A program made the translations under genes and the position numbers. The notes beneath the pieces are model-generated. The model was not told the origin of the DNA and ran no database searches. It worked only from the letters and a program-made list of their open reading frames with translations. 64,000 nucleotides of DNA from Felis catus (Eukaryota): contig NC_058368.1 of assembly GCF_018350175.1 (NCBI RefSeq), positions 45,386,001 to 45,450,000 on the forward strand, written 5' to 3'. Below are positions 53,423 through 64,000 of the stretch, in pieces (position 1 is the first letter of the stretch; every line of letters begins with the position of its first letter).

Positions 53423-54477
53423 TGACATATACTATATTTTTAACAGTTTTTGCCACAACTTCCTTGTTAGGTGATCACTGAAAGAAGCTGACATTTCTGA
53501 GTGTTACTTGTCCATAGAGGTTGGGAAAAATGTATGTAAAAAACTTGAAAATGTGAAATATGCTATTTTGTGAAAAGACATATTAAAAAAAAACTTGCTC
53601 TAGAATGCATTAGGTCTCCTAAAAATAAATAAAGTAAAAAAATAAAAAAAACCACGACTTCTTGCAATAACTTTTCTTAAGATTCTTGAGGATAGATAGT
53701 ATCAGTAAACATATTAAGGAAATTTCATTGGCAAATAAGAAAAATCCCTTTCAAGAACTTCGGATTTTACATTGAACAAGAATTTTAAACATATAATTTT
53801 TTTATGAACTTACCTGTGAAGAAAATTAAAATTTAATATGGAGTCAATTAATTATGAATTATAGGCCATGGAAGTTTAGCCTTGTATGTCTTCCCTGGGC
53901 ACCCAAAGGGGCCACGCGTGTGTATTGTACCCAATAGAAAATGCTACAAAGCCATTGTGGGCTTTGGAAAATAACATTCAACTATTTATGTGATGCTACA
54001 GAAAGAATCACTGATATAACTTTAAAATAATTTCAAACTTTGTTTCACATGTTTAAGTCATTCCCACATAATAGATTCTTTTATTCTCTTTATGAACAAT
54101 TATATTCTATGCAGTATAGAGAACATACATAGTATATATACATAGTATATACTCCAGAACACCTTTGATAAGAGAGAACTTCCCAAATGATTGCCTAACT
54201 TTTTAACTTCTTTACTAAGTGCTTGTCCATGTTTTTTTTTTTTTTTATTGAAATGGTTGAGAACGATTTCTTCTAGTATTTTGTTTTATAATTGTAATAA
54301 CCTTAAGGTTCCAATAGCCTTAGTCCTATATTAGGACCAATGAATTGGTATTTGCACTGAATTTGGAAATTATTTAAAACATTTCACATGAAAAAGACTC
54401 TGAAAGGAGTTGAAACTTAAAACATTGCTAAGCACACTGGATTGTAGAGATGATGCTTAATGTTAGTTAATCTTTTA

Positions 54478-54491
54478 CCGCCATCTGGTGG
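54478..54491 (-). promoter_or_regulatory. Candidate CTCF binding site
   Basis: Minus strand CCACCAGATGGCGG matches the CTCF core consensus CCASYAGRKGGCRS at all 14 positions, in otherwise AT-rich unique DNA. Confidence 0.5.
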
Positions 54492-55840
54492 TAATATGTG
54501 GTATGACCCAATTAAGATAATTCTGATGTGAGGTTGGTTACAAATAAATTTCAATTTACAATCATATTTTAAGTGGATCATTTAATTTGATTATTTTGGA
54601 AGAGTTAGTTTTGTAGCTCAAATACCCTTCCTGATTTCAAATTCCAGAAAACAACAAAAATATACTTGAGAAATTTCCTTTTTAACTTTTTGTAATAAAA
54701 TTTGAATAAACAAATGGATTCACATTATCCAAAAGATGTTCTTTAGATCATTAAAAGTGCTCTATATTTTGATACTTTGTCTATTAAAACAAAATATAAA
54801 GCTCAAAATAAAGTGTTTGGCTTGTATTTGTTTTCATCACAATAGTTGTGAAAATCAACAAAACAATTAGCTAAATGTAAATTATCTATCATGAAATCTA
54901 ACCCCAAGAAAATATTGCTTTTAACTTATTAACCTTCTGGTAGGGCAGTTTTCATAATGACTGGATGACAAATATTACTTAGCAGACACATGAGAATATT
55001 AGTATCATATTATTTGATCCCTCACAACTCTAAGGAAACAGACTCAAACACTGGTTTCAAAGATACCAATGCAAACTTCCAACTTATCAGTGTTATTTTT
55101 TTCCCCTTGGAATGAATGGTCTACCCCACCCACCACCCCACTGACCCAGCTTCCCAAGTTAACATAGGATTCAAGAGAAAATTCATGTAGGTTCTTAGAA
55201 GAGGGGAGAGAACTGGTGGATAATTCACTTTTTCTTTTGTTGTTTCATGGTTCTTCGTTGGGCTCTGTTGTTTCATGCCACTGTATCAGTATGTGTTCTA
55301 TGCTGCTCTACAATTATGTGTGGTGGTCCGACTCAACATGGAGTCCTGCCTAATTCTGATGGCAGCTGTTTCTGAAATCTCCCAGCCCAATGGAGCCTTT
55401 ATTGTTGATATCTCCCAGAAATGATCCTTACTGTGTCAGCTTTAGGCCTATGCTGATAAAGATTCCCTCTGCACTTCTGAGTTCCCTCTGGGGAACTTTT
55501 GGATCCATTACATGTTAATCTTAGACTGTTGAAAATATTAGAATGACTACTCTGGACCATCTACAGAGATACCATCCAGAGATACACCAATGTTAATCCC
55601 CTGCCTGGTAACAAGGTGGACAACACCAACGACATGCTTCCTGTCTCAATGACATGTGAGTAAATGGAGCACTATGCCAAGTGCTCGAATTTTCCCAAAC
55701 TCGCACTTTTGTCAAAGTTTCAATGACCACAATTATGTTTGGCTAATTCTGAACTGTATTGTTCCATTTATATACGTGTCTATCCATTTGCCAATGCCAC
55801 ACTATTTTTTATTATTGTAGCCTTATTCTTAAATATTCTT

Positions 55841-55869
55841 TTTTTTAAATTTGTTTAATGTTTACTTTT

Positions 55870-55906
<37 letters not shown>

Positions 55907-56073
55907 CGTGAGCAGGGGAGGGGCAGAGAGAGAGGAAGACACAGAATTCAAAGCAGGCTCCAAGCTCTGAGCCATCAGCACAGAGTTCAACACGGGGCTC
56001 GAACCCATAAACCATGAGATCATGACCTCAGCCAAAGTTGGATGCTTAACCGACGGAGCCACCCAGGCGTCCC
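55841..56073 (-). mobile_element. CanSINE
   Basis: Perfect TSD TCTTAAATATTCTT at 55827-55840 and 56074-56087. Confidence 0.94.
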
Positions 56074-57252
56074 TCTTAAATATTCTTAAAATTGGGTAGT
56101 GTGTTTCTTCAAACATTTTTCTATTTCAAGTTTACCACCACTAGTTTTTTTTTTTCTATAGAAATTTTACATTCTATGTATCTTTATAAAACTCTGATAT
56201 TTGCATAGGCATTGCATTAAGTCTAAAGATTGGTTTAGGAAGAAGTGACCTTTTACTATGTTGAGTTTTCCATGGTATTTTTCTCTTTTATATAGGCCTT
56301 CTGTGATGTCTAAAATACTTGTTTTTATGTTTTTGGAGTAATTTATGTATATGCTGCGTGTGTGTGTGTGTGTGTGTGTGTATTCTGATTTTTGAAATTC
56401 TGACTTCCAATTTTTCATTTCTTGAATATAGAGGCAGAATTAATTGTTGTGTGTTTACACTGTATTTTGTAGCCTTAACTTACTTAAGCTCACTAATTTT
56501 AGGAGGATTTTTGTACATTCTTGTAATTGTCTACACAGAAAATCATGTCATTTGTGAATAGGAACAGTTTTATTTCCATCTTTCTAATTTCCATACTTTT
56601 ATTCATTTTTCCTGTCCATTGGCTTGGCTGGGAGTTACAGTACTATGAGAAATAGGAGTGGAAAAACTGGATAGCCTTGTCTTGCTCCTAATCTTATGGG
56701 GAAAACAGTCTCTCACAATTATGTATGATATTTGTTGTAAATATGTTGTAAATGCTTCTTATTGGGTTGAAGAAGTTTCATTGCAAACCTGGATGCTAAG
56801 AGTTTTCATCATGAATCGATACTGAATCTTGTCAAATGTTTTTCTATATCTATTGATACGATTTTGTGTTTTCTTTCTTTAAATTTTTGAATTACATTGA
56901 TTGATTTTTAAAAACTGAACCAGTCTTACCTAACTGTAAGAATTCCACTTGGCCATGGTTCATTCCTTTTATATCATCCTGGATTTCATTTGCTAATATT
57001 CTGTGGAGGATGTTGGTATTTCTGCTATTCAAGAATAATGGTCTACATTATTTTGATAATATTTTTGGTTTTCATTTCAGAGTAGTGGTGGCCTCATAAA
57101 ATAAGTTTTAAAATGTTCCTGTATCTCCCAGTTTCTGGATAAAATTGAGCAGAATTGGTGTTATTTCTCCCTTAAATGTTTGGCAAAATTTACCAGAGAA
57201 ACATGTTATGCCTGGGATATATTTTTTTTCAGAAGATCTTTAAGTATAAATT

Positions 57253-57467
57253 AAAAAAAAGGTTAATGTTTTATTTATTTTTAAGACAAAGAGAGACAGA
57301 GCATGAGTGGGGATGGGCAGAGAGAGAGGGAGACACAGAATCCGAGGCAGGCTCCAGGCTCCGAGCTGTCAGCACAGAGCCCGACGTGGGGCTAGAACTC
57401 ACAAACTGTGAGATCATGAACTGAGCCGAAATTGGACGCTCAACCGACTGAGCCACCCAGGTGCCCC
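57253..57467 (-). mobile_element. CanSINE
   Basis: TSD AAGTAT(A/G)AATT. Confidence 0.93.
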
Positions 57468-58298
57468 AAGTATGAATTTAATATCATTGATACTTACAAG
57501 GTTACTAGTTTAACCATATCAACCCCTAGTTAGTCTTGGTAGTCTGTACTTTTAAAATTATTGCTCCATTTCCTCTAAGTTGTTGAATTCATGTGTGTAC
57601 AGTTTTTCACATTATTCCTTTATTATCCTTTTCATGTCTGTGGGGTCTGTAGATAACCCTCATTCTTGGTATTGGTAATTTGTGTCTTCTGTTACTCTTA
57701 GAAGCGGTTTATCAATTTTACGGATCTTTCTAAAGAATCAGTTTTTGGTTTCATGGATTTTCCCTACTGATTTTGTTTTAAATTCAACTCCTCTCTTATC
57801 TTAACTATCTGTTTCCTTAAGCTTGATTTGGACTCATTTTACTCTTCTTTCTTAGGTTAAGTTGAAAATTTAAGCTGTTGATTTCAGACCATTGTCTTTT
57901 CTAATATAATTCATGCATTCCTATGAATTTCTTCAAAGCATTGTTTTATCTGTGTCACACGAATTTGGTATTTAGTGTTTTTAAGTTAGTAAATAATATT
58001 TTCTATTTTCCTTTGGAATTTTCTCCTTTACGCATAGATTAGTTAGGTGTCACTTAATATCCAATTGATTGAGTATATTTTCCTGTTATTTTCAGTTTAA
58101 TTTTATTATGTTTAGCAAACATATTTCTATTTTTTTTTTCAGTTTTTATAAATGTGTTAAGTTTTGTTTTAGGACCTATCATATAGTCAGGCAAACTGGT
58201 GAATGGTCTACATGCAATTGTGATGAATATTTATTCTGCTATTGTTGGGTTGTATGTTCTATACCAATTAAATCCTGCTGTTTGCTGATGTTGTTCAG

Positions 58299-58551
58299 TT
58301 TTTTTTTATGTTTATTTATTTTTGAGAGAGAGAGAGAGAGAGAGAGAGAACGAGAGTGTGCGAGAGTGCAAGAGAGAGGGAGAGTGCAAGCAGGGGAGGG
58401 GCATAGAGAGAGGGAGACACAGAATCCAAAGCAGGCTCCAGGCTCAGAGCTGTCAGCACAGAGCCGGAAGCGGGGCGTGAAGTCACAAACTGTGGGATCA
58501 TGACTTGAGCTGAAGTCCACTGCTTAGCAGACTGAGCCATCTGGGTGCCCC
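58299..58551 (-). mobile_element. CanSINE
   Basis: Reverse head and (GA)n tract. Confidence 0.92.
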
Positions 58552-61469
58552 ATCTTTTCTTGATGATGTATCAGTTCTATTTACTACTGAGAGACTATTG
58601 TTGTAGTCTCAAATATAATTGAGGATTTGTATATTTTTCCTTTCATTTCTGTCAGCATTTGCTTTATGTACTTTGAAGCTTGATTACTAGGTGTACTCAC
58701 AGTTAGGATCATCATATTTCCTTGGCAAACTGACCAGTTCATCACTACATAATGTTCTTCATCCCTGGGTATTTCTTTTTTCACTCTGAAATTTACTTTG
58801 TCTGCTATTAATATAGTCACTTAATGTTTTCTTCTAATTAGTACCTGCTTGATAAATCTATTTCCATCCTTTTATCTTAACCTATAATTAGCAGTATTTG
58901 AAGTGACTTTCTTATAGAGAATATAAAATTGGGTCATGTTAAGAAATTCAACAAAATGTTGTGTTTATACTATTAATATGTAATATAGTTATTGATATCT
59001 TTGTATATACGTCATGCTTTCTATGTTTTCTCTTTGTTTTGTGTTCCCCTATTTCTACATTACTGTCATTTTTTCAGTGATTTCAACCTTTTTAGAACTT
59101 ATATTAACTCATCTATCATGGTTTTGAGAATATTTCTCTTATGTATTTCAGTGGTTGCTTCAGTAGTCAAAAGTGCATACTAACTTCTGCATATCTGTTT
59201 AGAATTAGTATTTGCCACTTCAGTTTGGAAGTAGAAATTTTACCACAATATAGATTCCTTCATACAGCCCCATTGGTCCTATAGAATTTTGTATAATATA
59301 CCTACATCCATTGAAATACCCATTAGATAATATTAAAATTGTTGCTTTCAACCATAAAACATATTTTAAAGAACTCAAAAGGAGAAAAGTCTATTATATT
59401 TGCACAGATATTTATCATTATCCTCTTCTGCCTTCATTCATGATATTTCAAGTTCTTATCAGGTATAATTTCTATTCTGTGTGAAGAACATTCCTTAGCA
59501 ATTCTTTTACAAAATGTCTGCTCACTAACATTCTCTTATGTTTCCTTCCCCTGAGATTTATTTATTTCTCCCTTCTTGAAAGACATCATCACTGGATGAC
59601 CATATCAGATTAGCAGAGATGCAGCCCTACATGGTGGGAACATAGAGACAATTGAAGTTGATGGTCAGGATGGCAGGAGAAAGACGTCCAGAAAATTAAG
59701 GACAATTCTTCACACTTCATGGGACGCTCACCTTGAACATAGTAATGGTATAGCAAGACACAAATAGGACTTCAGGAAATAACAGTGATGTGAACAAAAA
59801 CCAAGGGGTAAGGCTAGAGAAGCAACCTGATTGGAGGCGTATACTGCCATTTAATTTTATGAAAAATTTCCCTTTAGGACTCTCACAGTGATAAGAAAAA
59901 GTATTTATAAAATCGTAATTATTGAGGCAAGAAGGACAAGTTATTATGCTGAAGCTTTGGGAATTCATTAACTATTGTGATATAAAGATTTCACAGTTAC
60001 ATATAAAGCCTGCCATGTATTAGCTGCTCAGTTAATAGCTGCAACAATTATTATTGTATACTTAGCTTTATTTATCCTAATAAAAGCCATTTCTCTTTGA
60101 AATATTGATAGCACAAATATTTTAATAATTACTCTTGTTTTATGGGTCAGTATGCCAATGAAGGAAAAATGTGTCAATGCTAACTATGTATTCAGGAGCC
60201 AAAGAGATTACTAAAAGATAGGTCAGTACCGATATACCATTCTCATCTGACTGATAGACCTCAAAGGAATAGGGTAACCTTGGGAAATACTTTGAATCCA
60301 CAGCCAGTGTCTATTAATCTCTGAAGAGTTGAGGCATTTACAATTCCACAGAGTACAGCCATTTTGATAAATAGTGCCACGTAACTTTGGGGAAGGTAAG
60401 AGGAAGATTTGTAGTGCATATTCATGACGGTACCTCAGAGTCCTTCCTCAGAAGGAAATTCAGCTTCCACTCCATTCAAGAGGTTTTGTGTCTATGAAGC
60501 GACATAGATTTGATGTTTGAACCTGATTCTATCTGACAAAGAAATGGAATCACTACGCACAGCATTATAGTGGCAGCCAAACTGAGCTCAACGTGGCTCA
60601 AAGTGGCTATTGGCAATACAGACAAATAAGAAAAATGACTTGAGTCACGGAATCCTGGAGGGAAGGAGAAGCCACTGCTTTCTGGCAGCAGTTGTAAACA
60701 GAGGGATGGCCAACAGACTTGAAGTCTTAAGTGGCTTCCTGGGAGCTTCTGTGAATTGCCTATTTCTGTATCAAAGATGCCTGAAAGCCTCACTGGAGAC
60801 TTTCTTGCCATACCTTGTTTCTCCTGACCTTCACTTTCCTAGTCCTTTCCATGGCTGTGTGAAAAGGCTTGTTTCAAACAGACCCTAGATCTTTTTGACA
60901 CAAGCCCCACCACTTTTTAGGCATGTAATTACGAACCAAAGCGTGGGCTCTTTGGTCCTACATTTCCTTAGCTCTTATACAGTGATAATAACATTAACCA
61001 CTTCTTGGGGTTATTGTGAACAAACAACACTTGGCACTGTATCTGACATCTATATGCACTTAAGAAATGTAAATTATAATTATACTACACAAACATTTCT
61101 TTCTGAAACAATCCATTTAGTATGTATAAGTAACGTCTCTCTAAACACAACGTTTACTAAGAATCTTTGTTAAAACAAGGATAGAAGTAGTGAAAGTCTT
61201 CATGTAGACCTAACAGATAAAGCCATATGAATTATCTAAAAGCTGAAATATTTTGTTTTAGAAGTGCATTATCATAGTATGAGAGAACACTAAGCGTTTG
61301 GAGAGTGCTAGAAGGAAATACACAAAAATATTAGCTGTAGACTATTTTGAGTGTTGGGGAAAAGGTCAATTGTCTACTTTTTCTGCTTTTGTAACTTTTC
61401 CACACTTTTTACAGGAACATCTGCTACCTACAAAATTGGTTAAATTTACTTTTTAAAAATCATATGAGG

Positions 61470-61620
61470 AGATTACACCATATGCAAGGCTTTTTAGATG
61501 TAATATCAATCTTCATAAGGTCCTCTGAGGAGAGCGGGCTTATTCCCATTTTATGAATAAGAAACTGAATGTCACAGAAGGTAACCATTTGTCAAAGGTC
61601 ATGCCTAGACTAAAGATGAG
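61470..61620 (-). mobile_element. MIR fragment
   Basis: attcccattttatgaataagaaactgaatgtcacagaaggtaaccatttgtcaaaggtca. Confidence 0.7.
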
Positions 61621-62686
61621 AACTGTAAGGCTTTTTTTTTTTTTTAATTTAAACAGAGCTCTACTGTATTACCCATTACCTAAGAGTATGAGCTCAGGTA
61701 GATTCCACTAAAATATTGCTCAAAAAACTTATAGGACTTATACTTCCAGGAAGATAGAGTAGATACACTGTAGTCTGTTATTATCACTATGTACAACTAA
61801 AAGCGCTGGATATTGTATATAAAACGAATGGTGGAGAGAATGAAGCGTGTATTACCCCGATGCCAAAACCAGACAAAGACAGCACACAAAAATAAAACTA
61901 CAGGCCAATAATACCCCTTGTAAACATAGATATAAAAATCCTTATTAGCAATAGATTTCAGCATTATATACAAACAATTATAAATCATGATCAAATAGAG
62001 CTTATGTCCGTGACCAAAGGCTGGTTCAATGCTTGAAAATCAAACAATCACCATATTAACAAACTAAAGAATAGAAACTGTAGGACCTCATCAGTTTGTG
62101 AAGAAAAACATTTGTTTTCAGGTTTCAACTTTCAAACAAGATAAAAAAAAACTCTTAAGTAAATCAGAACAGAAGAGAACTTCTCCAACATGATAAAGAG
62201 ACTATATATTGTTTGACTCCATTTATATGAAGTATGTAGAGGAGGCAAATTTATAGAGACAGAAAGTAAATTAGAGATTACCAGATGTTGAAGAGAGTTG
62301 GAAATTATTTCTTAATAGTTATGGATTTTCTGTTTGTGATGATGGAAATGTTTTGCAAGTAGCTAATGATGATGGTTGTAGAATATTGTGAATCTAATTA
62401 ATGCCACTGAATTGTAAACCTAAAAATGGATAACATGGTAAAATATTTGATATGTATAAAATTAAAAATCAAATGTATTTATATATACTCTCAGTGAACA
62501 CATAGTTACTGAAATCACAAATACAATATTATTTGCAATCACTCAATAAATGAAATACTTAGGTGCAAATCTACCAAAACATATAGGACCTGTATACCAA
62601 AATCTATACAAAAGAGATTCAGTGTTCATGGGTTAGAAGATTCAACATAATAAGGATGTCAATTTATCCAAATTGGCCTATAAATT

Positions 62687-62747
62687 AAAAAAAAATAATG
62701 TTTGTTTATTTTTGAGAGAGGAGAAACAGAGTGAGCTGGGGAGGGGC

Positions 62748-62788
<41 letters not shown>

Positions 62789-62916
62789 ATCTGAAGCAGG
62801 CTCCAGGCTCTGAGCTGTCAACACAGAGCCTGACCTGGGGCTCCAACTCATGGACTGCAAGACCATCACCCGAAGGGAAGTCAGAAGCTTAACTGACTGA
62901 GACACCCAGGTACCCC
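62687..62916 (-). mobile_element. CanSINE
   Basis: Degenerate TSD aaattggcctataaatt / aaatttgacctatgaatt. Confidence 0.92.
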
Positions 62917-63007
62917 AAATTTGACCTATGAATTTAACACAAGTCCTATCAAAATCCCAACAAGAATTTTTTAACTGTGGAAAAGATTTTTCTAAAATGT
63001 ATAAAGA

Positions 63008-63212
63008 GGGGCACCTGGGTGGCTCAGTTGGTTAAGCATCCAACTTTGGTTCAGGTCATGATCTCACAGTCCATGAGTTCGAGCCCCGTGTCGGGCTCTG
63101 TGCTGACAGCTCGGAGCCTGTAGCCTGCTTTGGATTCTGTGTCTCCCTCTCTCTCTGCCCCTCCCCCGTTTGTGCTCTCTTTCTCAAAATAAATAAACAT
63201 TAAAAAACATTT
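63008..63212 (+). mobile_element. CanSINE
   Basis: TSD AAATGTATAAAGA at 62995-63007 and 63213-63225. Confidence 0.95.
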
Positions 63213-64000
63213 AAATGTATAAAGAAATTCAAAGCAATTAGAACATGGTAAGATGATTTTGAAATAGAATAAAGTTGGCGGAATCAGTTTACCAAATTGA
63301 CTGTTATTGGCAGAAGAATAGACACGTCAATCAATGGAACACAACTGAGAAACAATACATAGACAAATATCCCCAACTGATTTTCTTTTTACAAAAAGCA
63401 ACATCAATTCAATAGAGAAAAGATGCTTTTTCAACAAATGTTGCTGGAGAAATTGGAAAATGGAGAATATGAAAAAAATATTAAGTCTTACAGCTTATGC
63501 AAAAATTAATTCAAAATAGGTTGTGTGTTGTAGGTATAAACAGTAACACTATAAAATGTAAATTTTATAAAATCTTTGGAAAGGGCATGAGAGAAAATCT
63601 TTGGAATTTAGGTTTAGGCAATAAATTCCTAGACTTGACACTAAAGTATAATTCATTAAATAAAAGAAAAGCTTGATATATTTGACTTCATCAAAATTAA
63701 CACAGCTCTGTGAAAATCCCTGTTAAGAGCTACAGTCTAGGAGGAAATATTTGCAAGTCACATATCCAGCAAAAGGCTAGTGTCCAGAATATATAAACAA
63801 CTATCAAAAAATTCACCCATAAAAAACCAAAGTCCAATTAGAAAATAGACAAAATATATGAAGAGATATTTCACTGAAAGGGTTACACATACACAGATAA
63901 ATACACGAGAAGATCCTCAGCATCATTTGTCATTAGGGAAATGCAAATTAAAACCACAATGAATATTCCCACACTCCCTCTGTGAATATCTATAATAAAA

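Larger units (their letters stand above)
55740..59600 (-). mobile_element. Old LINE-1 (L1M-type) ORF2 and upstream region, interrupted by three SINEs
   Basis: Minus ORF 58584-58820 (ILIADKVNFRVK...ILTVSTPSNQASKYIKQMLTEMKGKI) is L1 endonuclease-like; RT-region motifs at 56600-57200. Confidence 0.85.
61734..64000 (+). mobile_element. Old LINE-1 mosaic: short 5' end, ORF2 fragments and an L1MB-type 3' piece (~62200-62470); runs off the window
   Basis: 5' end cttccaggaagatagagtag; ORF2 motifs attaccccgatgccaaaaccagacaaagac and ggaaatgcaaattaaaaccacaatg. Confidence 0.8.

Noticed and set aside
55240..55700. GC-elevated segment with a short open frame
   Set aside because: Interrupted by stops and unrecognised; probably an old repeat relic
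10838..62905. Recurrent ORFs such as MAQSVKRPTSAQVMISQF... and (RE)n/(SL)n/(CV)n/(HT)n peptides
   Set aside because: Translations of CanSINEs and microsatellites, not a gene family

Overview
AT-rich, repeat-dense, gene-poor mammalian genomic DNA from a felid (cat-like), judged from about 25 tRNA-derived CanSINEs (three near the youngest SINEC_Fc consensus) and carnivore/felid LINE-1 ends. No protein-coding gene, RNA gene or CRISPR array can be supported. The listed ORFs are SINE/microsatellite read-throughs, decayed L1 ORF1/ORF2 fragments or chance. The window holds a young 625-bp ERV1/gammaretrovirus-type solo LTR with a perfect 4-bp TSD, several L1s (two internally deleted, one with a nested L1 3' fragment), MaLR LTRs, an internally deleted Tigger1, and L2/MIR relics. 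The most notable non-routine signals are: a ~180-bp copy of nearby flanking DNA replacing part of an L1; a textbook recursive-splice-site motif on the minus strand; a tandem SINE pair sharing a triplicated target site; a small CpG patch with inverted TACGTG motifs; and a palindromic CTCF consensus site. I found no convincing new biological system. Repeat family names were assigned by eye from remembered consensus sequences and need RepeatMasker/Dfam confirmation.
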